Assembly: GCA_050246315.1 (NCBI GenBank)
Contig: JBFWWG010000003.1
Location: 1-64,000, forward strand
Source of the DNA: Nitrospiraceae bacterium
GTDB lineage: Bacteria; Nitrospirota; Nitrospiria; Nitrospirales; Nitrospiraceae
Direction of reading: 5' to 3'
Length of the DNA stretch: 64,000 nt
Shown here: piece after piece, positions 30,323 through 40,503 of the stretch
How positions within the stretch are numbered: position 1 is the stretch's first letter
Layout: each line of letters opens with the position of its first letter
Notes under the pieces: model-generated
Databases searched by the model: none
What the model was told of the DNA's origin: nothing
What the model saw: the letters and a program-made list of their open reading frames with translations, nothing else
Position numbers and translations under genes: made by a program

Positions 30323-33097
30323 TCACCTGGTCTTGGCAGCCCTCGTACGACCTGCTCGCTTTTCCTTGGGTCGCGCTTCCTTCTCGGCTGTCTCGCCGCG
30401 TAAGCCTCCTCGCGCCAGCCACTGGTCCGGCTTCATACGGGCGAAGAACGGGATCATCGCCCCGATCAGGCCGGTCCATCCGGTCTGATGACTGGCGCCA
30501 AGTCCGGCGCCGTTGTCGCCATGGAAGTATTCATAGAACAGCAGGTGATCCCGCCAATGGGGATCGTTCTGAAATTTCGTCGCTCCGCCGTAGACGGGAC
30601 GGCACCCCTCCCGATCGCGTGTGAAGATCGCCGTGAGCCGGTCGACAATCTCACGTGCCACTTCAAACAAATTCATATACTTCCCGGACCCCGTTGGGCA
30701 CTCCACCTTGAAGTCATCGCCGTAGTAGGCATAGAAACTAAGCAGTGCGCGGATGATCAAGACGTTGACGGGCGACCAGATCGGGCCGCGCCAATTGGAG
30801 TTGCCGCCGAACATGCCCGTATTGGATTCCGCCGGCAGATAATCGACCCGGTACTCCTGACCATGGACGGTGAACACATAGGGATGCTCCAGGTGATGAC
30901 GTGACAGTGATCGAATTCCATAGGGACTGAGAAATCGTTCTTCGTCGAGCATCCGGGTGAGGACGCGGCGGAGCTTGTCCTCGTTCAGAATCGCCAGCAG
31001 CCGGCGTCCGTCCACGCCGGGCTTGGTGAGGGGCGCGATGTTCGCGACCAGATCCGCATTTCGATTGAGAATTCGACGGGCGTGCTCCACGGCCCTGGGA
31101 AATCGCGCAAGGAATTCGGGCGGGATCACGGTGGCGGCACAGAGCGGGAGCAATCCCACAAGCGAACGCACTTTGATCCGGGTCGCCGTGCCGTCCGGAA
31201 AACAGAGGACGTCATAGAAGAATCCATCTTCTTCATCCCAGAGTTCATCCTGATGCAGGCCCACACGATCCATTGATCCGGCGATGCGAAGGAAGTGTTC
31301 CACGAACTTGACCGCCATCTCCTCATAAATGGGGTCGTTCTCCGCCAGTTCAAGCGCAATTTGGAGCATGTTCTGACTGAACAGCGCCATCCAAGCCGTG
31401 CCGTCCGCTTGTTCCAGATGACCCCCGGTCGGAAGCGGCGCACTTCGATCGAAGACGCCGATGTTGTCTAAGCCGAGGAACCCTCCCTCGAAAATGTTCC
31501 GGCCGTTCGGGTCCTTGCGGTTGACCCACCAGGTGAAATTCAGCAGTAATTTTTGAAAGGCGTGTTCCAGAAATCGGACATCTCCATGACCACGTTGTTG
31601 TCGTTCCATCGTGTACACAAAGTAAGTCGCCCAGGCGTGCACCGGCGGGTTGACGTCGCCGAAATTCCATTCGTAGGCCGGAATCTGTCCGTTCGGATGG
31701 AGATAGACCTCCCGCAACATCAGGTTGAGTTGTTGTTTGGCGAAATCGAGGTCCACGATGGCCAGCGCGACGGTATGAAAGGCCAGGTCCCACGCCGCAT
31801 ACCAGGGATACTCCCACTTGTCCGGCATGGAGATCACATCGTCATTCAACATGTGGAACCATTGCTGGTTGCGCACATTGAGCGATTTGACGGCACCGGG
31901 AAGATTGGCCTTATGTTCGGCCAGCCATTCCTCCACATCAAAGTAGTAGTACTGTTTGGTCCACAACATCCCCGCCATCGCCTGCCGCGTCACGGCCGCC
32001 CGATCCTTGTCTACCGAGGGCGGGATGATCGAGGCATAGAACTCATCCGCCTCGCGCTTGCGGTCCGCGACCATCCGTTCGTAGCGATCGCCGAAGGGGG
32101 CGCTGCTCTTGGAGCCGGCGGTTTCGCTCGGCGCCACGCTGCTCAGGCGCAAACGGATGACCGTGGATTGACCGGCTTCGATCGCGAGATGATAGTGCGC
32201 GGCCGCTTTGGTCCCCGTGCGGTAGGGGTTGACGGCGTCGGCCTTCCCATGGACCAGGAAATTGTTGATTCCGTCTTTGACATAGGGCGTCCGATTGGCC
32301 GCGTTAAAGAGGCGCTGCATATTGCTCTCGTTCTCGGTGAACAACAGCGGCACGTCACCCTCACAGTACAGGTATCTGTCTCCCAGCTCGGGATGCGATG
32401 CGGCCATAACGCTGACACGAGGGGGACCCGCTGCCTGTTCCATGTCCGGCTTGACGGCATTCTGCGACCATGACCAGGTGTTCCGAAACCAGAGGGTCGG
32501 CAGCACATGCAACGCAGCCCGCTCCGGGCCGCGGTTGTGCACCGTAATCTTGACGAGCACCTCTTCCGGATCTTCTTTGACATACTCCACGAAGACATCG
32601 AAGTACCGGTCCTCGTCGAAGATGCCGGTATCCAGCAACTCGTATTCCATTTCCTCTCTGGTCCGCGCCCGATTGCCTTTCACGAGATCCTCGTAAGGAA
32701 AGGCGGCTTGCGGATACTTATAGAGGTACTTCATGTAGGAATGCGTCGGCGTGCTGTCCAGGTAGAAATAGTACTCCTTCACGTCCTCGCCGTGGTTCCC
32801 TTCGCTGTTGGTCAGGCCGAACAGCCGCTCCTTGAGAATCGGGTCCTTGCCGTTCCAGAGGGCCAGCGCGAAGCAGAGCCGTTGCTTGTCGTCTGAAAAC
32901 CCGGCCAGGCCGTCCTCCCCCCAGCGATAGGCTCTGGATCTGGCCTGATCGTGGGTAAAATAGTCCCAGGCATTCCCGTCGTGGCTGTAATCCTCCCGAA
33001 CCGTCCCCCATTGCCGCTCGCTCAGATAGGGCCCCCATTTGCGCCATGGGACATTTTCTTCACGAGCTGCATCCAATCGCTTGGCTTCCTCGGTCAT
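30323..33097 (-). CDS. GH63-like (MGH1-like) glucosidase, paralog 1
   Basis: Same motif set as 27402-30179; RBS AAGGAGG upstream on the - strand. Confidence 0.88.
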   Translation of the reverse strand: MTEEAKRLDAAREENVPWRKWGPYLSERQWGTVREDYSHDGNAWDYFTHDQARSRAYRWGEDGLAGFSDDKQRLCFALALWNGKDPILKERLFGLTNSEGNHGEDVKEYYFYLDSTPTHSYMKYLYKYPQAAFPYEDLVKGNRARTREEMEYELLDTGIFDEDRYFDVFVEYVKEDPEEVLVKITVHNRGPERAALHVLPTLWFRNTWSWSQNAVKPDMEQAAGPPRVSVMAASHPELGDRYLYCEGDVPLLFTENESNMQRLFNAANRTPYVKDGINNFLVHGKADAVNPYRTGTKAAAHYHLAIEAGQSTVIRLRLSSVAPSETAGSKSSAPFGDRYERMVADRKREADEFYASIIPPSVDKDRAAVTRQAMAGMLWTKQYYYFDVEEWLAEHKANLPGAVKSLNVRNQQWFHMLNDDVISMPDKWEYPWYAAWDLAFHTVALAIVDLDFAKQQLNLMLREVYLHPNGQIPAYEWNFGDVNPPVHAWATYFVYTMERQQRGHGDVRFLEHAFQKLLLNFTWWVNRKDPNGRNIFEGGFLGLDNIGVFDRSAPLPTGGHLEQADGTAWMALFSQNMLQIALELAENDPIYEEMAVKFVEHFLRIAGSMDRVGLHQDELWDEEDGFFYDVLCFPDGTATRIKVRSLVGLLPLCAATVIPPEFLARFPRAVEHARRILNRNADLVANIAPLTKPGVDGRRLLAILNEDKLRRVLTRMLDEERFLSPYGIRSLSRHHLEHPYVFTVHGQEYRVDYLPAESNTGMFGGNSNWRGPIWSPVNVLIIRALLSFYAYYGDDFKVECPTGSGKYMNLFEVAREIVDRLTAIFTRDREGCRPVYGGATKFQNDPHWRDHLLFYEYFHGDNGAGLGASHQTGWTGLIGAMIPFFARMKPDQWLARGGLRGETAEKEARPKEKRAGRTRAAKTR

Positions 33098-33179
33098 GAC
33101 CTACCTCCTTGGTCCTGGTGCCCCACGACAACCCGGTGCACCGACGGCCGATCCCGTCTCACTCCGGGCCGACTTGCGC

Positions 33180-33225
33180 ATTCTACTTGTCCATCCGAAC
33201 AACTGCTACTGTCAGTTTTGACAGT
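33180..33225 (-). promoter_or_regulatory. Putative activator-dependent promoter: -10 TAGAAT plus palindrome ACTGTCA-N4-TGACAGT
   Basis: ATTCTA at 33180-33185 reads TAGAAT on the - strand; perfect 7-bp inverted repeat at 33208-33225; no good -35 hexamer. Confidence 0.5.
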
Positions 33226-33466
33226 CTGTTCCGCAGGTTCTGAGCTCGCGACCTCGGGTAGTTTCCCTCCCTGCCAAGAGAGGCAACCAGGGGGAGGACC
33301 GAATCGACAGCCAACTCCGACGCCTCCTCATGGCATCAGCTTTGAACGAAGCGTCAGGGGTTGTTCGAGCGCATCCGCGCCATGCGCACATCGACAGAAT
33401 GGCGATCAGCCGTGAGGAGACGGCATCGTCATGTTTGCGCTTCTGTGAAATATCTCCTTGGATCGA

Positions 33467-33598
33467 GCAGGTTGCGGAAAGACCTTCCGTTCATCCTTCG
33501 AGGGCCTCAGGACGAACGGAGCGGTCGTTGAATACAATGGGATTTTCCGATCCTGCCGAGCCTGTCGAACCACACACAGCGAGTTTTCCGCAGGCTGC
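33467..33598. mobile_element. 132-bp MITE-like element, family A copy 2
   Basis: TIRs GCAGGTTGCGGAAA...TTTCCGCAGGCTGC; shares GTTCA, CTCAGG.CGAACG and GAGCCTGTCGAACCACA with 1107-1238. Confidence 0.75.
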
Positions 33599-33754
33599 TG
33601 GAGATGGATCGTGAGCGAGTAAGGGACAGGTAGCCGTCATCGAGTGGCATGTGTTTTGAATGGCAGGAAGACGAACGGAGGGTTTGATCACCGACATTTG
33701 GCAGGCGATAGAGGTCAACGCACAAGACACAGGCTCTGACGAGGGAGGGCAGAC

Positions 33755-34909
33755 ATGGCGAAGACGATCGTGTTTTGCGCCGACGGAACCTGGAACAATC
33801 CATACGAGGACGAAACCGCTGATCATCCGGCGGATCCGACGAATGTCTATAAGCTCTTCCTTTGTCTCGCCGGCTCGCTCTCGTACGATTCTTTGCTGAA
33901 TGCCGATGAACAGGAAAAGACACTCGCCGAGAATGGGCGGACTCGACAGGTTGCCAAGTACCTTCACGGCGTTGGAGATTCGCGCAACCCTATCAACAAG
34001 CTCCTGGGAGGCGCATTTGGCGCAGGAATTATTTCTCGCATCGTGCGAGGCTATACGTTTATTTCCAGGAATTACGCGCCGGGCGACGATATCGTCATCG
34101 TCGGGTTCAGCCGCGGCGCCTATACGGCACGGGCCTTGGCCGGCTTGATTGCGTCACAAGGCCTGCTGAGCCCGCAGATCACAGGCGATCGAGAACGGGC
34201 CTACCGATGCGGCGCTGAAACGTGGTATCGCTACCGCCAGACGACGATGGCCAAGCCATCCGGCCTTGCCCATCTGGCTGAAATCGTGAGCGATCTTCCG
34301 GCCTTTGTCTCCAGCCGCTCACTCAAGGATGGAGACTTCACCGCAATCGACCGCATCGCCTCCGTTGCGGTCTGGGACACCGTGGGGGCCATGGGATTTC
34401 CGGATTATGAGGGCAGGGGCAATCGCGTGGACGCCTTTAAGTTTGTGAATACCCAATTGAGTCGGAAAGTGGACCATGGGTTCCATGCGGTGGCACTGGA
34501 TGAACGACGCGATGATTTTAAGCCGACGCTGTGGGATCCTGCGACCAATGTCGTCCAGCTCCTCTTTCCCGGCGCCCACGCGGATGTCGGAGGAGGGTAC
34601 CCCACCGCTCATGGCGAGAGCGGCCTGTCGGACGGCGCCCTGAAATGGATGATTGCGAACCTCGCCCAGATCGGTGTGAACGTCTTACCGTCTCCTCCTT
34701 GTTCGATCAATCCCGATCCGCAAGGCACGGCTCATCAGCCATGGGCGCACGCGCCATGGAATCTCCCGGGCATCTCATTAGGACCGAGAAGTTTCCCTGC
34801 CGGCATGAAACAAGACCCCTCGATCGCAGCACGCATGGCGGCAATCTCGGCCGTCGCCGAGCCGGGAGCACCCCCGATGCCATACCGGCCGACGAATCTT
34901 CCAGTCTAG
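33755..34909 (+). CDS. DUF2235 / Tle1-like alpha/beta-hydrolase domain protein
   Basis: CADGTWN, TNVYKL, YLHGVG, GFSRGAY, WDTVGAMG, HAVALDERR and FPGAHADVGGGY. Confidence 0.9.
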   Translation: MAKTIVFCADGTWNNPYEDETADHPADPTNVYKLFLCLAGSLSYDSLLNADEQEKTLAENGRTRQVAKYLHGVGDSRNPINKLLGGAFGAGIISRIVRGYTFISRNYAPGDDIVIVGFSRGAYTARALAGLIASQGLLSPQITGDRERAYRCGAETWYRYRQTTMAKPSGLAHLAEIVSDLPAFVSSRSLKDGDFTAIDRIASVAVWDTVGAMGFPDYEGRGNRVDAFKFVNTQLSRKVDHGFHAVALDERRDDFKPTLWDPATNVVQLLFPGAHADVGGGYPTAHGESGLSDGALKWMIANLAQIGVNVLPSPPCSINPDPQGTAHQPWAHAPWNLPGISLGPRSFPAGMKQDPSIAARMAAISAVAEPGAPPMPYRPTNLPV

Positions 34910-34958
34910 CCCCGCTGTTCCGCTCGTGCCTCCGATCAGGAAGACCTAGCCCTCCCTT

Positions 34959-34997
34959 CGATCACCCTGTCATCCCTACGATCACCCTGTCATCCCT
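34959..34997. repeat. Tandem direct repeat, 2 x 19 bp (period 20)
   Basis: CGATCACCCTGTCATCCCT at 34959-34977 and 34979-34997. Confidence 0.9.
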
Positions 34998-35400
34998 TAC
35001 ATTTCGTGCCTCATCCGCTCGTTCATGAATAGTGCACACTGCTGAGGACGTCGGAGCCGATCGCCCAGACGCAGTCGATGCCAAGAACAATCCGACATTC
35101 GTGTTAACACCCGCCTGGATGGCACAGAAAATTGTGTTGTGAAACCGACGGTCTATATGCTACTTGCTAGCCCGTAATAGATAGAATGACAGGTCCTGTT
35201 GTGCATACGAAGCGCCTGCCTGACGCTGGTCTCTACTCGAACAGGATCTCGGAGGGCGGGAGCCCTTTCATCTGAACCTGAACACGTGAGATCATTCATC
35301 CTAAAACCGTTGATTTTGTCCGACAAGTTGTTGCGTCCGAATCATTCTTTGGCCGCTCCGTCGCTGCAAGAAGTGCGACCGAACCAAACCAGCAACTGAA

Positions 35401-36918
35401 ATGGTCCAATTGATTCCCAACGGCCATTCACAGAAGGCCAGTCTCGATAGAGTACTCGTTCATGGCATCGCCTGGGCCGGCGGGATGCGATGGCTGGCCC
35501 AAGGTATCGCCTGGCTCTCTTCACTCATTATCGTCCGCCTGCTCCAACCGGAGGATTACGGTTTGGTGGCGATGGCTGGAACCTACCTGGCACTCGTTCA
35601 ATTGACCTTTGAATTTGGTCTCGGTGCGACAGTGTTGACCAGACCGCTGGACAAGATTCAGCTCGCCCAGATCAACAGTTTTTGCGCCCTGCTCGGCCTT
35701 GGCGGATTTCTCCTTTCTTTGATGGTTTCGGTTCCCATCGCCTTGTTTTTCGATGCCCCTGAATTGCGTTGGGTCGTGGTTGTGATGAGCGTGTCTCTTC
35801 TGCTCTCGGCATTTCGCACCGTTCCATATGCGCTCCTTGAGCGGGAGTTGCGTTTCAAATTCCTTGCAGTGCTGGAGACGGCCCAAGCCTTGATCCAGGC
35901 GTTCTGCATGATATTGTTCGCTTTTTTTGGATTCGGCTATTGGACTCTCGTCTTCGGCGGACTGATCGGCGGGGCGCTGTCAACCGTAGTTGTCGTCATC
36001 AAACACCCCTGCGCCTTCGCTTGGCCCTCCCGACAATCTCTGAGCGGCGGCGCGTTGACATTCGGCTGGCAAGTTCTCGCATCCCGGCTCTCATGGTACG
36101 TGCAAACCCAATCACACTTTCTGATCGGCGGACACCTCTTCGGAACGGCCGCCCTCGGCGCCTACTCGGTCGCATGGTCGCTCGCCAGTTTGCCCGTTGA
36201 AAAGGTCACCGCGTTTGTTGGACGTGTGAGCTTTCCATTTTTCGCCTCCATTCAGAATGATTCCGCCTCGCTGCGGCGCTATTATCTCGGACTGACTGAA
36301 AGCCTCGGCTTGGCGACTTTCGGACCGGCGGTGGGGTTAGCCGTCGTGGCGGAAGAATTTGTTGCCATCGTCCTTGGTGACAAGTGGCTCGGCGCTGTTC
36401 TTCCTCTTCAACTCTTGGCCCTTTCGGCCACCTTCCGATCAATAGACCCGATGCTGGCCCAGCTTCTCTTTGTTCGAAGCGAGGCGGGCTATTACATGCG
36501 CGTCATGATTGTCGCGGCAGTCGCTCTGGTAGGATCATTCGCTTTTCTGAGTCAATGGGGTATTGCCGGGCTCGCCGCCGTCTGGATTGTGGTCTACCCG
36601 TTGACCACTCTGCCGGTGTATCGGCGTGTGTTCCACAGCCTCGAGCTTTCTTGGAAGGAGTTTCTCAAGGCGCTTCAGCCCGCACTCAATGCCTCACTCA
36701 TCATGGCCGTTGTCACGATGGGGTTGAAACTGATCCTTCCAGTGGATTGGCCGATGACGCTTCGGCTGGCGACTGAAGTGCTTACAGGAGGCACCGCTTA
36801 TCTGGGTACCCTCCTGTTGTTCTATGGCGACCGTCTTGCCGCCTTCCGCAACTATGCCGGTTCCTTTCGTAGCCAGCCTATGACCATGCTGCCTGTCGAC
36901 ACGAAACATCCGACATAG
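35401..36918 (+). CDS. Wzx/PST-family polysaccharide flippase
   Basis: 505 aa, multiple TM helices; RLLQPEDYGLVAMA, GFGYWTLV, LGAYSVAW and LGDKW. Confidence 0.9.
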   Translation: MVQLIPNGHSQKASLDRVLVHGIAWAGGMRWLAQGIAWLSSLIIVRLLQPEDYGLVAMAGTYLALVQLTFEFGLGATVLTRPLDKIQLAQINSFCALLGLGGFLLSLMVSVPIALFFDAPELRWVVVVMSVSLLLSAFRTVPYALLERELRFKFLAVLETAQALIQAFCMILFAFFGFGYWTLVFGGLIGGALSTVVVVIKHPCAFAWPSRQSLSGGALTFGWQVLASRLSWYVQTQSHFLIGGHLFGTAALGAYSVAWSLASLPVEKVTAFVGRVSFPFFASIQNDSASLRRYYLGLTESLGLATFGPAVGLAVVAEEFVAIVLGDKWLGAVLPLQLLALSATFRSIDPMLAQLLFVRSEAGYYMRVMIVAAVALVGSFAFLSQWGIAGLAAVWIVVYPLTTLPVYRRVFHSLELSWKEFLKALQPALNASLIMAVVTMGLKLILPVDWPMTLRLATEVLTGGTAYLGTLLLFYGDRLAAFRNYAGSFRSQPMTMLPVDTKHPT

Positions 36919-37218
36919 CGAGAAAGGGAATTTTCTCCTCCGGTCGCGCGACCAACAGATTGCCACATGGAGATTGCCGCAGGGCGATGGCGGCGGGTCG
37001 TCGAACCCTTGGCTCTGGCGGTGATCCAGAATGAACGTGCGTAGCCCTTGTATCCGACCGGAAAGACAGACTCGATCGCCGACTCCCGGAAACCGAGCGG
37101 GGGGAGTTTCTCTCTGACTCACGGGCGTCTCCCTCCCTTGGTATTGTGAGCGCCCCTGACCATCAAGGGTTGGGCCGAGGCCGCACCACGATCGACACGC
37201 GAATTCAGACCGGGGACG

Positions 37219-39075
37219 ATGCAACAAAGCAACCAGCCAGAGCACCCTGTCGTGATCATCGGCGCCGGCCCGGCCGGGCTCACAGCGGCGTACCAGCTTG
37301 CCAAGGCCGGTGTCCGGTCCATCGTCCTGGAGAAAGATTCGATGGTCGGCGGGATATCGAGAACCGTTAAATACAAGGGCTACCATTTTGATATTGGAGG
37401 ACACCGTTTTTTCACCAAGGTTCAGGCTGTTGAGAATCTTTGGCGAGAGATGCTTCCTGAGCAGGACTTCCTGCACCGTCAAAGGTTGTCGCGCATCTAC
37501 TACAACCGCAAATTCTTTTTTTATCCGCTCCGGCCTGGTAATGCACTATGGGGACTGGGCCTGTGGAACAGCTTGCTCATCGGCATCAGTTATCTGTGGG
37601 CGCAACTGTTTCCTCAGACTCCAGAGGATAACTTCGAGCGGTGGGTCTCCAATCGGTTCGGCAAACAGCTCTACCGAACCTTTTTCAAGACCTACACGGA
37701 AAAGGTGTGGGGGCTGCCCGCCGACCAAATCGCGGCCGAATGGGCCGCGCAGAGAATTAAGGGGTTGTCATTGCTGGTCGCGGTCAGAAATGCCCTCCTC
37801 AAACAGGACTCGAAAGGCCAGAATGTGGTGAAGACCTTGATCGATTCCTTCCATTATCCCAAGCGCGGCCCGGGGATGATGTGGGAGAACACTGCGGAAC
37901 TGCTTGAGAAAGAAGGCAGCCGCGTCCGTCTGGAGGTTGCGGTCGAACGGATTCATTGGACTCACAATCAGGTGAGGGAAATCGAGATCAAGAGCGGGGG
38001 CGAACGTGAACTTCTGGAGGGCACACACTTCATCAGTAGTATGCCGATTCGGGAACTGATTCAAAAGCTCGACCCGCCTGCGCCGGAGCACGTACTCCAG
38101 GCAGCCGAGCGCCTTCACTATCGAGATTTCCTGACCGTCGCCCTCATCATCAACAAAGACGACCTGTTTCCCGATAATTGGATCTATATCCACGATCCAC
38201 AGGTTCGGGTCGGCCGAATTCAGAATTTCAAGAATTGGAGTCCTCACATGGTTCCCGACCCAACCAAGACCTGTTTGGGACTCGAATACTTCTGCTTCGA
38301 AGGCGATGGATTGTGGACCATGGCCGACAAGGATCTGATCGAACTTGCCAAGGAAGAGCTCGAAGCCATTGGCCTATCCCAGGGGAACGATATCGAGGAT
38401 GGGATGGTGGTCAGAATGCCGAAAGCCTATCCTGTCTATGACGGAACCTACCGCGAAGCCCTGGACCAGATTCGGCGGTTCCTGGAGCGATTTGAAAACC
38501 TTCAAGTCGTCGGTCGAAACGGGATGCATAAATACAACAACCAGGACCATTCTATGTTTACGGCCATGCTCGCCGTTGAGAACATCCTCGGTGCCAGACA
38601 TGATCTCTGGATGGTGAATACCGAGCAGGAGTACCACGAAGAGACCGTCAGCCGGGTGGTAACGCCCAGGTCTCAGATCGAAGCTCTGACGGCGACACAG
38701 CCGCGCGTTCCATTGCCGGCCGTGTCTTCCGTGAGCGATAGTCTGATTTCGACCTTCGCGAAGATGGACAAGCTCGCCTTTGCGACGGCCGTGGGATCCG
38801 TTTCAGGATTGGTGACATTCATGGCGACATTGTGGCTGGTGCTCAAGAGCGGGAGTCCGGTTGGGCCACATCTGGAGCTCCTGCAACAGTTCTTTGCGGG
38901 TTATACGGTGACGGTCGAAGGGGCGTTCGTCGGGTTGGCCTATAGTTTCTTCTGGGCTTTCTTATGGGGATGGTTGTTTGCGTATCTCCGGAATCTATCC
39001 CTTGGATTTGTCGTCTACCGAGCGAAGCGGAAGGTGGAAATGTTGACCTTCCGGGAGTTCTTGGACCATTTTTAA
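37219..39075 (+). CDS. FAD-dependent oxidoreductase (UGM/PPO-like fold) with C-terminal membrane domain
   Basis: IIGAGPAGL, GGISRT, DIGGHRFF, KAYPVY and GRNGMHKYNNQDHS; about 100-aa hydrophobic C-terminal extension. Confidence 0.88.
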   Translation: MQQSNQPEHPVVIIGAGPAGLTAAYQLAKAGVRSIVLEKDSMVGGISRTVKYKGYHFDIGGHRFFTKVQAVENLWREMLPEQDFLHRQRLSRIYYNRKFFFYPLRPGNALWGLGLWNSLLIGISYLWAQLFPQTPEDNFERWVSNRFGKQLYRTFFKTYTEKVWGLPADQIAAEWAAQRIKGLSLLVAVRNALLKQDSKGQNVVKTLIDSFHYPKRGPGMMWENTAELLEKEGSRVRLEVAVERIHWTHNQVREIEIKSGGERELLEGTHFISSMPIRELIQKLDPPAPEHVLQAAERLHYRDFLTVALIINKDDLFPDNWIYIHDPQVRVGRIQNFKNWSPHMVPDPTKTCLGLEYFCFEGDGLWTMADKDLIELAKEELEAIGLSQGNDIEDGMVVRMPKAYPVYDGTYREALDQIRRFLERFENLQVVGRNGMHKYNNQDHSMFTAMLAVENILGARHDLWMVNTEQEYHEETVSRVVTPRSQIEALTATQPRVPLPAVSSVSDSLISTFAKMDKLAFATAVGSVSGLVTFMATLWLVLKSGSPVGPHLELLQQFFAGYTVTVEGAFVGLAYSFFWAFLWGWLFAYLRNLSLGFVVYRAKRKVEMLTFREFLDHF

Positions 39076-39103
39076 TAATCTCGCTCGATCGGGAGATTGC
39101 ACC

Positions 39104-39433
39104 ATGCGAAGCTGGACGTCATCAGAGGACGAGAAATTATTCAGCGCGATCCTTCGGTTGAACAGCAAGGTGTTCGGGTTGGTGTTGGGGCTTCTGATCG
39201 GATCGATGATCTTCGTTGCGACCAATTGGCTCGTGATCAAGGGCGGCCATGTAACACCGGAAGGCGAGCATGTGGTCGGACCTCATCTGCAACTCCTCAG
39301 CCAATTCTTTATCGGGTATCGTGTGTCCTTCGTGGGAAGTCTGATCGGATTTGCCTATGGCTTCGCCCTCGGCACGCTGGGAGGCGCGCTCGTCGGATGG
39401 ATTTACAACAGAATCGTCGATCTTCGAAATTGA
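39104..39433 (+). CDS. Small membrane protein homologous to the C-terminal domain of the upstream oxidoreductase
   Basis: VGPHLQLLSQFFIGY vs VGPHLELLQQFFAGY; ATNWLVIKGG vs ATLWLVLKSG; GGAG upstream. Confidence 0.85.
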   Translation: MRSWTSSEDEKLFSAILRLNSKVFGLVLGLLIGSMIFVATNWLVIKGGHVTPEGEHVVGPHLQLLSQFFIGYRVSFVGSLIGFAYGFALGTLGGALVGWIYNRIVDLRN

Positions 39434-39453
39434 ACACACGCACCGGTACGGCG

Positions 39454-40497
39454 ATGAAATTCGGTCTCATCGGAGCCGGTTGTATCGGCCAGATTCGTGC
39501 ACGGGCACTGGCCAACCTCACCAATTGCTCGCTCGTGGCCATCGCCGATACCGATCCGGTGAGAGCGGGGGCGGTACCGAGAGCGAACGAGATCCACATA
39601 TTGACGGATTATCGGAGCCTCTTGGCCTGCGATGATGTGCAGGCCGTCATCGTTTCCACACCCCCTCAGTTCCACGAAGAGATCGTCATCGCCGCGCTCC
39701 AATCCGGCAAACACGTTCTCTGTGAAAAGCCATTGGGCAACACCGTCGATGCCTGCCGGCGAATGGTCGATGTTTCACGAAGATCGGGGATGACACTCGC
39801 GACAGGGTTTAATCACCGCTACTTTCCTCCGATCCGATATCTCAAGCATGCTATCGACACGGGCCTCATAGGAGAATTGGATCATGTCCGGGCCTTTGCC
39901 GGACACACCGGTCTGTCCGAGTTCAGGAACTCATGGGAGCACGACAAGAAGATCATCGGCGGCGGGGCGTTAATGGACGTCGGCATTCATCTCATCGATT
40001 TGGTTCGCTATCTCTTAGGGGAGGTCGACGAGGTGTACGGATTCGCCTCCAACCGAATCTGGAACTTGGAGAACTCCGAGGATAACGGTATCGCGCTGCT
40101 GCGAAGCCCGCAGGGCAAGCCGGCCATCCTGCAGGCCACATGGACCGAATGGAAGGGATACAGATTTTATCTCGAAGCGTATGGTGACAAGGGTATGGTT
40201 CGGGCCTACTACGCACCGATGATGAATCTCCTGGTTCATCAGGAACGGCCGGGAGCGCCTCGGAAAAGAACTATGCGGTTTTATCCCATGACGATGCTGA
40301 GGGAGAAAGTGTTCGGATGGCAATCGTCGGTCATTCGGATGTTCCAGGAAGAACTCACAGATTTCGTCCGTCTGACCAGGGGAGAAAAGACCGAGGTGGC
40401 GGATGGTTTTGCAGGATTTCGGGCTGTTGAAATTGCGCATGCGGTCTACCGTAGTAGTGAAGCCCATACCGCAATTCGCCTAACGGACCGCTGCTAG
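39454..40497 (+). CDS. Gfo/Idh/MocA family oxidoreductase
   Basis: LIGAGCIG, KHVLCEKP and GGGALMDVGIHLID; start set at ATG 39454. Confidence 0.92.
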   Translation: MKFGLIGAGCIGQIRARALANLTNCSLVAIADTDPVRAGAVPRANEIHILTDYRSLLACDDVQAVIVSTPPQFHEEIVIAALQSGKHVLCEKPLGNTVDACRRMVDVSRRSGMTLATGFNHRYFPPIRYLKHAIDTGLIGELDHVRAFAGHTGLSEFRNSWEHDKKIIGGGALMDVGIHLIDLVRYLLGEVDEVYGFASNRIWNLENSEDNGIALLRSPQGKPAILQATWTEWKGYRFYLEAYGDKGMVRAYYAPMMNLLVHQERPGAPRKRTMRFYPMTMLREKVFGWQSSVIRMFQEELTDFVRLTRGEKTEVADGFAGFRAVEIAHAVYRSSEAHTAIRLTDRC

Positions 40498-40503
40498 CGT
40501 CCG

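Noticed and set aside
34959..34997. Direct repeat as a CRISPR remnant
   Set aside because: Only two adjacent units, no spacer and no cas genes.
35120..35136. Possible sigma-54 promoter TGGCAC...TTGT upstream of the flippase
   Set aside because: Spacing is one base too long and the -12 GC is absent. Nearby short palindromes (GTGTTAACAC, CACA-N6-TGTG) are too short to support a call.
36919..37218. Possible ops/JUMPStart element or riboswitch in the wzx-oxidoreductase gap
   Set aside because: No GGCGGTAG ops match or recognisable riboswitch consensus by eye; an Rfam/Infernal scan would be needed.
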